Source of the DNA: an uncultured delta proteobacterium
Lineage (GTDB): Bacteria > Myxococcota > Myxococcia > Myxococcales > Myxococcaceae
Reading direction: 5' to 3'
Assembly: GCA_963771175.1 (NCBI GenBank)
Contig: CAVYSY010000051.1
Span: 32,001-96,000 of the forward strand
DNA: 64,000 nucleotides
A program made the translations under genes and the position numbers. Under the pieces are notes generated by a model that worked only from the letters and a program-made list of their open reading frames with translations, searched no databases and was not told the origin of the DNA. Shown here piece by piece: positions 54,840 through 64,000 of this stretch. The first letter of the stretch is position 1. Every line of letters starts with the position of its first letter.

Positions 54840-54958
54840 GTCTTAGCCTTGGGAATAGGAACGGCCACCGGAAGGCAGGGACGAGCCTGAGCGCACTGGC
54901 GTAGGGGAGGGCGGTGGGGGGCGCCTGCCCCCACGCCAGGAGCAGGCCAGGACGTGGA

Positions 54959-55834
54959 TTACCGCTCCACGCCCAGCAATGCCGCGAACAGCTCTCGGGG
55001 ATCGATGCTTGGGGGAATCCCGGAGACACCGCCATCGTTCACCTCGACCACGGCCCAACGGCCGTCTTCGAGCATCGCGACATCCATGGTGAAGAAGCGC
55101 GCGTCGATTCTGCGTGCGAGTCGCTCGAAGGCGGAGAAATCCGGTACGTCGACATCGAAGTCATCGGAGGACTCCGCCGCCAGGAGCCGCCCGTGCCCGA
55201 AGAACAGCCGGAATTCGAGGTGCGCGGGCCCGGTCCGCGTCCGTCCCCGGACCTTGAATGGCAGGATCCGCCTGACGACGAACCCACGCTCGAAGCGCTC
55301 TCCTCGCTCCTCGAGCAGCGCGCCGCAGATGCGCTCGAAGTCCTGTCGCGAGGCTCCGGCCGGAACGAAGCACGCCTCGGCCCAACGCTCCTTCGCCGAC
55401 TTCACGTGGTCCTTCACGAGCCATGGCGGCGAGCCGAGCGCTTGAGCGGCATGCCACGCCTCCGACGGGTCCGTGCCCTCGGTCCAGACGGAGCGTGCGG
55501 TGTACCCCTTCAGCTGCGGGTACCAGTTCGGCAGGTAGTGGGCCGCCGAGTACTGCGCGGGGGTGGTCATCAGCTCGTGGCTAAGCGCCCCGAGCGCCTC
55601 GTCCAGCGCCTCGTACTCTTCGCCCGTGAGCATCCACCCCCGGTACAGCAGCCGGAGGTGGCCCTGTTCGGGAATGGCGGCGCACGCGCGTTCCGCATCG
55701 CCCTCCAACAGGGCGGCCAGATCGATCTGGAAGGTATCTATTCCCAGCGCTTCGGCCGCATCCGCCTCCGTATCGAATGAATCGGACTGATGCGGATTCC
55801 GGCCAAACAGGATGGACGAAGCCAGCGGCATCAT
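54959..55834 (-). CDS. ATP-grasp domain protein (R2K-like)
   Basis: LYRGWML, HYLPNWY, VKDHVKS, EFRLFF, FFTMDVA..VVEVNDGGVSG. Confidence 0.78.
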   Translation of the reverse strand: MMPLASSILFGRNPHQSDSFDTEADAAEALGIDTFQIDLAALLEGDAERACAAIPEQGHLRLLYRGWMLTGEEYEALDEALGALSHELMTTPAQYSAAHYLPNWYPQLKGYTARSVWTEGTDPSEAWHAAQALGSPPWLVKDHVKSAKERWAEACFVPAGASRQDFERICGALLEERGERFERGFVVRRILPFKVRGRTRTGPAHLEFRLFFGHGRLLAAESSDDFDVDVPDFSAFERLARRIDARFFTMDVAMLEDGRWAVVEVNDGGVSGIPPSIDPRELFAALLGVER

Positions 55835-56055
55835 GAACCTCTCGTCAGGGGTGGGGCTCCCCCAGACGACGGCTCGAAACGAGGCCTGACAAAGGACTCA
55901 GTGGCTTGTTCGCGGTGGTGTGGCCGGTGTCGCATGGCGATTTCCGGCACTCGACGGGAATGACGCGGTCTGCCCCGAAAACCTGACGAAATCGTTTGCG
56001 TGCGCCGTGGATTCTCGGGGGCCGAAGTGTCCAGGCCCGCCTACCATGGAGCGGC

Positions 56056-56538
56056 TCAATCCACTTCGGGATGGCGCCGGAGGTTCCGCCTCCTTCGCAT
56101 CCACCACCAGGCCGGCAGGAGGCCTGTCAGCAACGGGGGCAGCCAGCTCGGGACGCCCAGCCAGAGCGACCATGGCTCCGCCTTGTCCTGGTGCCCCTTG
56201 CGGATGAGCCAGAAGCCCATGCGGTTCCAGCCGGACTGGGGTGTCGGCTTCCGCGGCGCTCGAAAGAAGGCGCCCCCCAGGTCGAAGCGCTCCAGGGGTT
56301 TCGATTTGGGATGTCTGAATTCGTTAGCCCCCACCATGAAGGAGCCGTCTCCGGGCCACCGGAGGCGATAGTGGGTCTGGGTCACGAAGGCATCATCGAC
56401 GCGATCCGCGTCGATGCCGAAGGAGGTGTAGAGCCTGTAACCGAACGGCCACATCACCAGGAAGGCCAGGCTCGCGAGCAACGAGGCTCCGCAGAGGAGG
56501 TCGAATGCGGAGGGACGGAAGGGCGCTGGTCTCTTCAT
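56056..56538 (-). CDS. Hypothetical membrane protein
   Basis: N- and C-terminal hydrophobic helices with a basic tail. Confidence 0.65.
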   Translation of the reverse strand: MKRPAPFRPSAFDLLCGASLLASLAFLVMWPFGYRLYTSFGIDADRVDDAFVTQTHYRLRWPGDGSFMVGANEFRHPKSKPLERFDLGGAFFRAPRKPTPQSGWNRMGFWLIRKGHQDKAEPWSLWLGVPSWLPPLLTGLLPAWWWMRRRRNLRRHPEVD

Positions 56539-56729
56539 GGGATGCTCGTGTGGCTTCCACCGGGAGGATACTCCATCGCCTTGGACGTCCTGGCGATGGA
56601 CCACCTTTGAGCCGTCGGCGACCTGCTGCAAGTGGCGTCGGGCCTTCTCGATGAGGGCCCGCATCCGGCATCCCCACTTCGAATCGCTGAGCCGCTGCCT
56701 TAGCATCCCTCCACCCTCAAGGAGGAGCA

Positions 56730-57742
56730 ATGCTCGTTCGGTCTTCACTGGTGGCAGGTCTGCTCGCGGGAGCGCTCGTCGCTTTCGCCCCACAGGCCCA
56801 TGCCGCCTGCTCGTACTTCGCCGCGCTGGATCGCGATGTCACCCAGCCCTCACAGCGCGCACTCATCACCTGGGATCCAGAGACGAAGTCCGAGTCCTTC
56901 ACCGTGCAGCCCGTCTTCCAGGGCAATGCCGAGGACTTCGGCATGGTCATCCCCACGCCCGCCCAGCCCAAGCTGAAGGAGGCCCCTCGCGACATCTTCA
57001 AGGACCTGGCGCTCTACACCGTGCTCGAGCCCAGGCCCTGTACGCGTCCCATGAAGAAGTACTCCAGCGCCTTCCCGTCCGCGGCTCGAGAGGCCCCGGT
57101 GATGAAGAAGAGCACGGTGCGGGTGCTGGAGGCGGGCGTGGTCGGCTCGCTCGACTACAAGATCATCACCGCGGAGAAGGCCTCGGACCTGTTCGAGTGG
57201 CTGAAGGAGAACAAGTACAGCTACTCCGGCGACGAGGCGACGCTCGACTTCTACGTGAAGAAGAAGTGGTTCTTCACCGTGATGAAGATCGACACCAAGC
57301 AGATGAAGCATGACCCGACGGCACCTTCGCCGGCGAGGTGACGCCCACGCGCTTCCAGTTCACCAGCGAGAAGCTCGTCTACCCGCTGAAGATCACCCCG
57401 TTGAGCGTGAAGGACAAGACCGAGGCGCTCTTCTACGTGCAGGCCCCTCGGAAGATCGCCTTGCCCCAGTCGAAGCTGGAGTACGCGAAGCGGCTGAAGG
57501 GAGCGGACCTCGACAAGCTGGACAAGGGCCTGGTGCCCATCCCCCAGTCCTCGCAGACCATGGGGGAGGCTCAGCAACACGACTTCAAGGGGCTGAAGGG
57601 ATGGCTGAAGAAGGGCGAGTACCTCACGAAGGTGCGGCGCGTCTTCCGCAAGGAGGAGATGACCGATGATCTCGAGCTGGCCTTCGCCAACGACAACGAG
57701 GAGTACACCTCGTACGAGGACTGCGGCGGAGTTCCCCCGTGA
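56730..57742 (+). CDS. DUF2330-like secreted protein (frameshift near 57315)
   Basis: AGGAGG RBS, signal peptide ending AHAAC; FGMVIPTP, LFEWLKEN, FYVKKKWFFTVMK, YPLKIT. Confidence 0.75.
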
Positions 57743-59631
57743 GGCTCGCGCTGCTCGCGGCGCTCCTCCCGACGCTCGCTTCCGCCCAGCTCTCGGTGCG
57801 TCCGGGCAGCACGCGCGATCACCCGCATGACGTGCCCTGGGATGTCTCGGGGCGCTCGCTGAAGGCCCCGCGCCTGCGCGCCCTGCACGCCCCCGTCGAC
57901 GTGCAGGGCAGCTCCATCTGGCTCATCCGGAACGATCCGCTGCTCGCCTATGCGATAGGCCGCGACCTCAACCTGCGTGACTGGCAGCTTCGGGACGGCG
58001 TGTTCGGCGAGCCGGGACGGCTCGTGGGCTTCACCCGGCCACGCCTCATGGGCGGTGGAGGCGGAGGCACCCTGCCTCGCGATGACTCCGGCTCGTGCGC
58101 CACCTGCCACAACGTCCCCTTCGGCGAGCCGGGTGCTGGCCCCACCATTCCCAAGGACGCGGGCACCGGCCGCAACACGCCCCACCTCTTCGGTGGGGGC
58201 CTCCAGGAGATGATTGGCGAGCACATCCGCGCCCGCATTCTCGCCTCGTGCGACGCCAACGGTGATGGCCGCATCACCCCCGCCGAAGCCAAGGGGAAGC
58301 GGGCCACCGTCCACACGCGGGGCTCGGGCGGGGTGGCGCTCGACTTCGGCCCCTGTGGCGACGAGACGGGAGAGGGGGTACCGGACATCGAGCCGCAGGT
58401 GCGGGCGTACTACCTGGATGGCGAGGGCCAGTGGATGGCCTGGGCCACTTCGCTGAAGACGCCCGGCGTCGCCGCCTGGGCCCCCGAGCCACAGGTCTTC
58501 GGGCACGGCCAGGCGGACGGGGCGCTCACTTCCACGCTCCGCGCCTTCTTCGTCCAGGCCGCGGACGTCCACACCGGACTGCAGGCGTACGATCCACTCC
58601 TGGTGGATGACCCGGACAAGGATGGCCTCTCCGGGACGAGTCCGAGTGGCATGGTGCAGACGATGACCGTGCGGCCGCGCGACCGCGGGCGGGTGTTGAC
58701 CGCTGCCGGCGTCTCGCGGGACGACCCCGACCGGGACGGCGCGCTCGAGGAACTCTCGTGTGGCGACGTGGACCTGGCCGAGCACTTCCTCCTGCACGTC
58801 CCACCCCCGGCGGAGAAGCCCACGCCCCGGGCCCGAGAGGGACGCAAGGTGTTCGACCGCATCGGCTGCGCCACCTGCCACGTGGCGGACTGGGAGGTGG
58901 AGCGCGACCGGCGACTCTTCCGCCTGGAGGTCGCACCGGGCTCCTCGGGCACGCTCGAAGGCCGCCTCGTGTGGACCGCGCGAAAGACGGAGACAGGGCT
59001 GGAGCCCGAGGGCAGACCCTTCCTCGCGCGCGGCGTGTACAGCGACTTCCGGCGCCATGACCTCGGGCCGGAGAGCCACGAGCTGGGCTTCGATGGCACG
59101 GTCCTCCGGAAGTTCCGCACCGCGCCGCTGTGGGGTGTGGGCTCCACGGCCCCGTACTTCCACGACGGGGCCTCGCTGTCGCTGGAGGACGCGCTGGAGC
59201 GCCATGGTGGCGAGGCGGCGGAGACGCGGGCCCGCTGGAGGGCTCTGCCCGAGCGCGAGCGCGACGCGCTGCTGGCCTTCCTCAACAGCCTCGTCCTCTA
59301 CGCCATCACCGATCTGCCCGCGGACGTGGATGGGGATGGGAAGGTGGCCGCCGAGTGGAAGGTGGGCGGACAGCCGACGTATGGCCCGGAGCGCTTCAAC
59401 CCCGAGCTGCTGTCCCAGGTGCCCTGTGCGCTGGAGGGGCCGACGCGAGGCTATGGCGGTGAGCCCATCATCAGCCGGGCCTGTCTCAACGTGCCCGCGC
59501 TGTATCGGATGGACCTGAAGGCACGACGGGATGTGGACCAGGACGGCTTTCCCGATGTGCGGGATGATTGTCCGGAGCAGCGTGGCTACCTGGACGGGTG
59601 TCAGGACCCGCCCGGCTACACCGGTGAGTGA
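57739..59631 (+). CDS. Di-heme oxidoreductase (DHOR)-like protein
   Basis: Two CATCH heme-c motifs; RNTPHLFGGG; YSDFRRHDLG; RTAPLWGVG..YFHDG..HGGEA. Confidence 0.85.
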   Translation: MRLALLAALLPTLASAQLSVRPGSTRDHPHDVPWDVSGRSLKAPRLRALHAPVDVQGSSIWLIRNDPLLAYAIGRDLNLRDWQLRDGVFGEPGRLVGFTRPRLMGGGGGGTLPRDDSGSCATCHNVPFGEPGAGPTIPKDAGTGRNTPHLFGGGLQEMIGEHIRARILASCDANGDGRITPAEAKGKRATVHTRGSGGVALDFGPCGDETGEGVPDIEPQVRAYYLDGEGQWMAWATSLKTPGVAAWAPEPQVFGHGQADGALTSTLRAFFVQAADVHTGLQAYDPLLVDDPDKDGLSGTSPSGMVQTMTVRPRDRGRVLTAAGVSRDDPDRDGALEELSCGDVDLAEHFLLHVPPPAEKPTPRAREGRKVFDRIGCATCHVADWEVERDRRLFRLEVAPGSSGTLEGRLVWTARKTETGLEPEGRPFLARGVYSDFRRHDLGPESHELGFDGTVLRKFRTAPLWGVGSTAPYFHDGASLSLEDALERHGGEAAETRARWRALPERERDALLAFLNSLVLYAITDLPADVDGDGKVAAEWKVGGQPTYGPERFNPELLSQVPCALEGPTRGYGGEPIISRACLNVPALYRMDLKARRDVDQDGFPDVRDDCPEQRGYLDGCQDPPGYTGE

Positions 59632-60425
59632 GGCTGTCGGAGCTCGGGGCCAGCGAGCTCTTGGGGCGGGGGCTCCGGCAGGGTGAGCACCTCGCAGCCC
59701 TCACGCGTCACCAGGACGGTGTGCTCGAACTGGGCGGAGAGGCGCCCGTCCTCGGTGACCACCGTCCACCTGTCCGGCAGCACCCGCACCTCCGGGCGCC
59801 CGAGGTTCACCATGGGCTCGATGGTGAGGACCATGCCCGAGCGCAGCGTGATGCCCGTGCCCCGCTTCCCCACGTGAGACACATGGGGCGGGAGGTGCAT
59901 GGAGCGGCCGATGCCATGCCCCCCGAACTCCTCCACCACGCTGCAGCCCTCCGCCCGCGCCAGCTCCTGGATGGCCGCGCCGATGTCTCCCAGCTTCGCG
60001 CCGTGACGCACGACCGCGATGCCCGCCTCCCGGCACCGGCGCGCCACCTCCACCACGTGCCGCGCTTCCGCCGACACCTCGCCGATGAGGAACGTGGCCG
60101 AGGTGTCACCGTGGAACCCGTTCAGACACGTGGTCACGTCCACGTTGATGATGTCCCCCGGAGCGAGCCGCTCCTCCTCGCGCGGGATGCCGTGGCAGAC
60201 CACGTGGTTGCGGCTGGTGCACACCGTCGCGGGGAAGCCGTGATAGCCCAACTGGCTCGGCGTGCCTCCGCGCCGGGCGGTGTCCTCCCGCACCCACGCG
60301 TCGATGTCCGCCGTTGAAATCCCAGGCGCCAGCCGCGCCGCGACGTATGCCAGCGTCCCCGCCGCCGCCTGCCCCGCCAGGCGCAGGCGTTCGACCTCGG
60401 TCCCTTTCAGCAGTGGAATCCCCAT
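59616..60425 (-). CDS. map: Type I methionine aminopeptidase
   Basis: CHGIP, DVT, GDTS, GHGIG, TIEPM, SAQFEHT. Confidence 0.95.
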   Translation of the reverse strand: MGIPLLKGTEVERLRLAGQAAAGTLAYVAARLAPGISTADIDAWVREDTARRGGTPSQLGYHGFPATVCTSRNHVVCHGIPREEERLAPGDIINVDVTTCLNGFHGDTSATFLIGEVSAEARHVVEVARRCREAGIAVVRHGAKLGDIGAAIQELARAEGCSVVEEFGGHGIGRSMHLPPHVSHVGKRGTGITLRSGMVLTIEPMVNLGRPEVRVLPDRWTVVTEDGRLSAQFEHTVLVTREGCEVLTLPEPPPQELAGPELRQPHSPV

Positions 60426-60463
60426 GGCGCGGCAAGGTGGCACTCGCGCTGTCGGAGCGTCCA

Positions 60464-60478
60464 ATGCTGGATGCGCAT
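60464..60478. promoter_or_regulatory. LysR-type T-N11-A box
   Basis: ATGC-N7-GCAT between the divergent map and LysR genes. Confidence 0.55.
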
Positions 60479-60538
60479 GGAGGTGGGAGGAAGGGCTCCC
60501 GTGCATCGGCCCCTGGTTCCGCGCTAACGTCTCCTGCC

Positions 60539-60817
60539 GTGAGTCTCACGCACATCCAGTCCTTCGTCGCGGTGGCCGAGGAGGGCCATGTGGGGCGCGC
60601 CGCGCACCGGCTCCATCTCACCCAGCCTCCGCTCAGTCGGCACATCCTCTCGCTCGAGGAAGAGCTCGGCACCCCGCTCTTCGAGCGCACGTCCCGGGGC
60701 ATGCGCCTGCTGCCCGCGGGCGAGGCGTTCCTGCTCCACGCGCGCCGCATCCTCGCCGAGGTGGATGCGGCGGTGCACACCGTGCGAGGCGTCATCACGG
60801 ACCGCGCGGAGGGGTGA
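60539..60817 (+). CDS. LysR-type HTH-only protein (92 aa)
   Basis: FVAVAEEG..AAHRLHLTQPPLSRHI..LEEELG..LFER; stop right after the linker helix. Confidence 0.82.
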   Translation: MSLTHIQSFVAVAEEGHVGRAAHRLHLTQPPLSRHILSLEEELGTPLFERTSRGMRLLPAGEAFLLHARRILAEVDAAVHTVRGVITDRAEG

Positions 60818-60834
60818 GACCGCGGAGGTCTTCA

Positions 60835-61788
60835 TCAGGTGAGCAACCGCACTGGCGCGCCGGCTCTCCAGGCCAGGATGTCCTCCAGCGCATCGCGGTA
60901 GAAGACGGCGTAGTTCTCCCGCGTCACGTAGCCGAGGTGCGGGGTCAGCACGACGTTGGGCAGGGAGAGCAGGGGGTGGTCGGTCGGCAGTGGCTCGACG
61001 GGAAACACGTCCAGCCCGGCTCCGGCGATCCGCTTGTCACGCAGCACGGCCAGTAGCGCCGACTCGTCCACCAGCCCGGCGCGGGAGGTGTTGACGAACC
61101 AGGCGGTGGGCCTCATGGCGTTCAGCTCCTCGGCGCCGACGATGCCGCGCGTACGGTCACTGAGGATGAGGTGCAGGCTGACGACATCCGAGGTGGCGAA
61201 CAGCTCCTGCTTCTCCACCCGGCGCACACCGACCTCGGCCGCCCGCTCGGGGGTGAGGTTCTGGCTCCAGGCCACCACGTCCATCCCGAAGGCCTGCCCC
61301 ACGCGCGCCACCTGGGTGCCGAGCTTTCCGAGTCCGAGCAGGCCCAGGCGCTTGCCGGCCAGCCCCTCGGTCAATCCGGTCTGCCAGGCGCCAGCGCGCA
61401 GGGCGCGCTCCTCCGCCGGGATGCGTTTGACCAGCGCCAGGATGAGACCCCAGGCCAGCTCCGCCGTTGGTGTGCCGAGGGTGCCCGTGCCGCAGACCGT
61501 GATGCCACGCGCCCGGCACGCCTCCAGAGCGATGGAGGCGTTGCGCCCGCCCGTGGTGATCAGCAGGCGCAGCTTCGGCAGTCGTTCGAGCAGCTCGGCC
61601 GGGAAGGGCGTGCGCTCCCGCATGATGACGATCACCTCGAAGGGCTGGAGCGCCGCCGCCAGCTCCTCCCGGTCGGCGATGTGGCGGTCGAACACGACGA
61701 GGTCGCTACCGGCCGGCAGACGGTCCCAGTCGGCGAGGTCCCTCGCGACGCGCTGGTAGTCGTCGAGGATGGCGATCTTCATGGACAT
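60835..61788 (-). CDS. D-2-hydroxyacid dehydrogenase family protein
   Basis: MRERT, GLGKLG, NTSRAG, LTPHLGY. Confidence 0.92.
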   Translation of the reverse strand: MSMKIAILDDYQRVARDLADWDRLPAGSDLVVFDRHIADREELAAALQPFEVIVIMRERTPFPAELLERLPKLRLLITTGGRNASIALEACRARGITVCGTGTLGTPTAELAWGLILALVKRIPAEERALRAGAWQTGLTEGLAGKRLGLLGLGKLGTQVARVGQAFGMDVVAWSQNLTPERAAEVGVRRVEKQELFATSDVVSLHLILSDRTRGIVGAEELNAMRPTAWFVNTSRAGLVDESALLAVLRDKRIAGAGLDVFPVEPLPTDHPLLSLPNVVLTPHLGYVTRENYAVFYRDALEDILAWRAGAPVRLLT

Positions 61789-61862
61789 GGCCGCGGAGCA
61801 TAGGAGGACTCACGTCCTCCTTGCCCGGGTTGTTCCTGGCGCCCCGTCCCCGACTCTCCCTC

Positions 61863-62558
61863 TCACATCAGGTAGGAGGACTCGAGCCCCATGTCCTGTG
61901 CCGACCCGTGGCCTTCCTGCCGGACCTCGCGATCGGTGTCCTTGCGAGAGCGGGTCTTGCGTGGACGCTTGCCGGCGAGCGTGGCGGGCTCGGGGGACAT
62001 GCCCTGGGTCTTGCGGCGTGCGGCCCGCAGCGCGTCCTTGCCCATGTCGAGCACGGCCGCCACGGCACCCGCCACCAGGTTGCCCGGCGGAGTATCGGGC
62101 GCGCGCGGGTGGGGCCTCGTGGGGGCGGCCCGCTTCGCCAGCATCAACGCCTCCGCCAGGTCCTTGAGCTCGCGCGGACTGAAGGTCTTGCGTACCTGGG
62201 GGAACAGCTCGCGCTCCTCCATGGAGACGTGGGTGCGGATGTTCTCCATCAGCACCTTCACCTTGGCGTCGAAGCGCTCCGCCTCCGGTGGCAGGTTCTC
62301 CAGCTCCTTCAATATCCACTTGGCCACATGGTGCTCCTCGAGTGCTTCGAGCACCTGCTCCTCCAGCGTCTCGGCCCTGGCGCGCACCGCCGGATAGAAG
62401 ACCTGCTCCTCGATGATCGCGTGCATGGCGAGCTCGAGCACCATCTGGTCCACCAGCCTGCGCTTGAGCTTCTTCGCGCTCTTTCCCGCCTGCTCGAACT
62501 TGCGGAAGAGCGTCTCCACGGTCTTGTGGTCCGCTTTCAAGAGCGCAATGGCATCCAT
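61863..62558 (-). CDS. Hemerythrin-like (HHE) protein
   Basis: DHK, HAIIEEQVFYP, EEHH, HVSMEE; PTRPHP motif. Confidence 0.88.
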   Translation of the reverse strand: MDAIALLKADHKTVETLFRKFEQAGKSAKKLKRRLVDQMVLELAMHAIIEEQVFYPAVRARAETLEEQVLEALEEHHVAKWILKELENLPPEAERFDAKVKVLMENIRTHVSMEERELFPQVRKTFSPRELKDLAEALMLAKRAAPTRPHPRAPDTPPGNLVAGAVAAVLDMGKDALRAARRKTQGMSPEPATLAGKRPRKTRSRKDTDREVRQEGHGSAQDMGLESSYLM

Positions 62559-62710
62559 TGAACGCCCTCCTTTCCCAGGAGGGCCAGCACCCGTCTGGCG
62601 TGGCCCGGTTCGCTCGAAAGGTTGGTGACGCTGAGTGCCTCGTGCCGCAGCCGTGCGAGAGCTCGGCCACGACAGCCTGGAGGGCATGCGGGCATGCTCT
62701 GGAAACGAAA

Positions 62711-62750
62711 CGACCGGGAGTCCGAGCCGAAGAGGCCCGGATCCCGGTCG
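62711..62750. terminator. Long hairpin downstream of the vWA-like gene
   Basis: CGACCGGGA...TCCCGGTCG with inner TCCGAGCC/GGCCCGGA. Confidence 0.55.
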
Positions 62751-62774
62751 GGGGTTTCGCGGTTGCGAGGATGG

Positions 62775-64000
62775 CTAGTTGATGACCGGGGTGCAGGAGC
62801 AGCTGGTCATGTTGCACTTGGTGCCCGCGCCGCAGCTGTCGCCGCAGTTGGGCTTGCAGACGCACTGGTTGCCCGTGTCGTTGCAGCCGAGCGTCGCACC
62901 GGTGCAGTGATCCTCCTCGGTGGGGCTGTAGGCCGGGTCGTCCTTGCACGGGACGCCGCCATTGGGATCCTTCACCTCGTCGATCCAGTACTTGTACGAC
63001 ACGGCCACCTGGGTGTTGTTGGTGGACGGGCGGCAGGCGCCGAAGAGCGAGAGGGTGCGCGCGCTGCCGTCGAAGTCGAAGCCGTTGACGTTGCTGCGCG
63101 GCACGTTGCTCGCGGTGCAGGCCGACGGGTTGAGCACGCCGGCGAGGGCCACCTTGATGGAGGCGCCGATGGGCGGCTTGAGCGTCTTGTAACCCGCGTT
63201 GCCGATGGCATCGTCGATGATGGCATCCATCGAGGTCTGGATGGAGGCGGTGTCGATGATGGAGCCGAGCACGCCGCCCGTGACGTTGACCACCTGGGCA
63301 TGGCGAAGCTGCGCCACACCACCCACGGGCTGCGGGTTGTACTCGCGGCTGGTGTTGTTGACGTCGCAGGGCTTCGTGGTGTCGGTGCAACCGCAGTACC
63401 GGCCGGACGGGCACACGATGCCGTGCACGGTGATCTGCTTGCCCGTCTTGTTGCTGGGGGGCGGGAACTCGGAGCGGGTGCCGAAGAACTGCTTGAAGGT
63501 GTTGATGCCCTCGCAGCTGGTCCCAGCCACATCCTTGCTGCCCGTCGAACCGCAGTTGCCAGTGGTCGTGGTGTAGCCGGTGGTCTGATCGTCCGCGTCT
63601 CCGAGCAGCACGACCACGAGGGTGGCGTCCTGGCGCGCCTGGGTGTCGGACTCGGTGCCGCCCGGGGCGGTGCCCGGCGTCATGTCGTCGATGGACTTGC
63701 GGGCCGCGCCGAGCAGGCCCTCGGCGCCGGCGCCATTGGTGCCCAACCAGCAGCCGCCGTTGACGCCCTCGGACTTGTCGCTGGGACAGGTCGCGGTATC
63801 GGGCGCGGCGGGGATGCTGCACACCTTGGTGGTGGCGTTGCACGTGCTTCCATCGGAGAGCCAGGCCCTCACCTTGTTCACGTTGCGGGTGAAGCGCCGC
63901 AGCCGGCTGATGTTGTTGCTCTTGGTGTCGTCCGCGACTCCCAGGTGGTAGCTCGACGTGACCAGCGCCATGCGCCAGTCGAGCGACGAGGCATTGAGCG
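62775..64000 (-). CDS. C-terminal part of a Cys-rich vWA-like surface protein (possibly CglD-like adhesin); 5' end outside window
   Basis: DWRMALVTS, LVVVLLGDADD, VHGIVC, Cys-rich tail; the CglD resemblance is from memory only. Confidence 0.6.
   Translation of the reverse strand, partial: LNASSLDWRMALVTSSYHLGVADDTKSNNISRLRRFTRNVNKVRAWLSDGSTCNATTKVCSIPAAPDTATCPSDKSEGVNGGCWLGTNGAGAEGLLGAARKSIDDMTPGTAPGGTESDTQARQDATLVVVLLGDADDQTTGYTTTTGNCGSTGSKDVAGTSCEGINTFKQFFGTRSEFPPPSNKTGKQITVHGIVCPSGRYCGCTDTTKPCDVNNTSREYNPQPVGGVAQLRHAQVVNVTGGVLGSIIDTASIQTSMDAIIDDAIGNAGYKTLKPPIGASIKVALAGVLNPSACTASNVPRSNVNGFDFDGSARTLSLFGACRPSTNNTQVAVSYKYWIDEVKDPNGGVPCKDDPAYSPTEEDHCTGATLGCNDTGNQCVCKPNCGDSCGAGTKCNMTSCSCTPVIN

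Noticed and set aside
49830..62700. Prophage or mobile element in the accessory region
   Set aside because: No integrase, transposase, phage structural genes or bounding repeats recognised

Overview
GC-rich myxobacterial chromosome segment (Myxococcales; Archangium/Cystobacter-like by gene content and MYXO-CTERM tails). About 1-49.8 kb is mostly conserved core: GspE/PilB-like ATPase, tldD/tldE, an outer-membrane protein/lipoprotein/5'-nucleotidase operon, NUDIX and MFS genes, pdhABC, an asgA-like receiver-kinase, tRNA-Glu x2 and tRNA-Gln, gltX, two MYXO-CTERM metalloproteases, a TonB-tailed Ser/Thr kinase, a Che4-like chemosensory operon, heparinase-like and UDP-sugar dehydrogenase genes. A decayed lipoprotein-nuclease/DUF3396 immunity cassette bracketed by palindromic repeats sits at 14.6-16.6 kb. 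About 49.8-62.7 kb is accessory. The best candidate for an undescribed system is at 51.4-55.8 kb (minus strand): ATP-grasp gene, enhancer-like inverted repeat plus sigma-54 promoter, Ro60/TROVE (Rsr) gene, two tandem ~65-75 nt covarying hairpin RNAs that look like minimal Y RNAs without a tRNA-like domain, and a HEPN (RxxxxH) nuclease gene where rtcB would normally be. Many genes, including essential ones, have small frameshifts most simply explained by long-read indel errors. All family assignments come from motifs read by eye; no searches were run.
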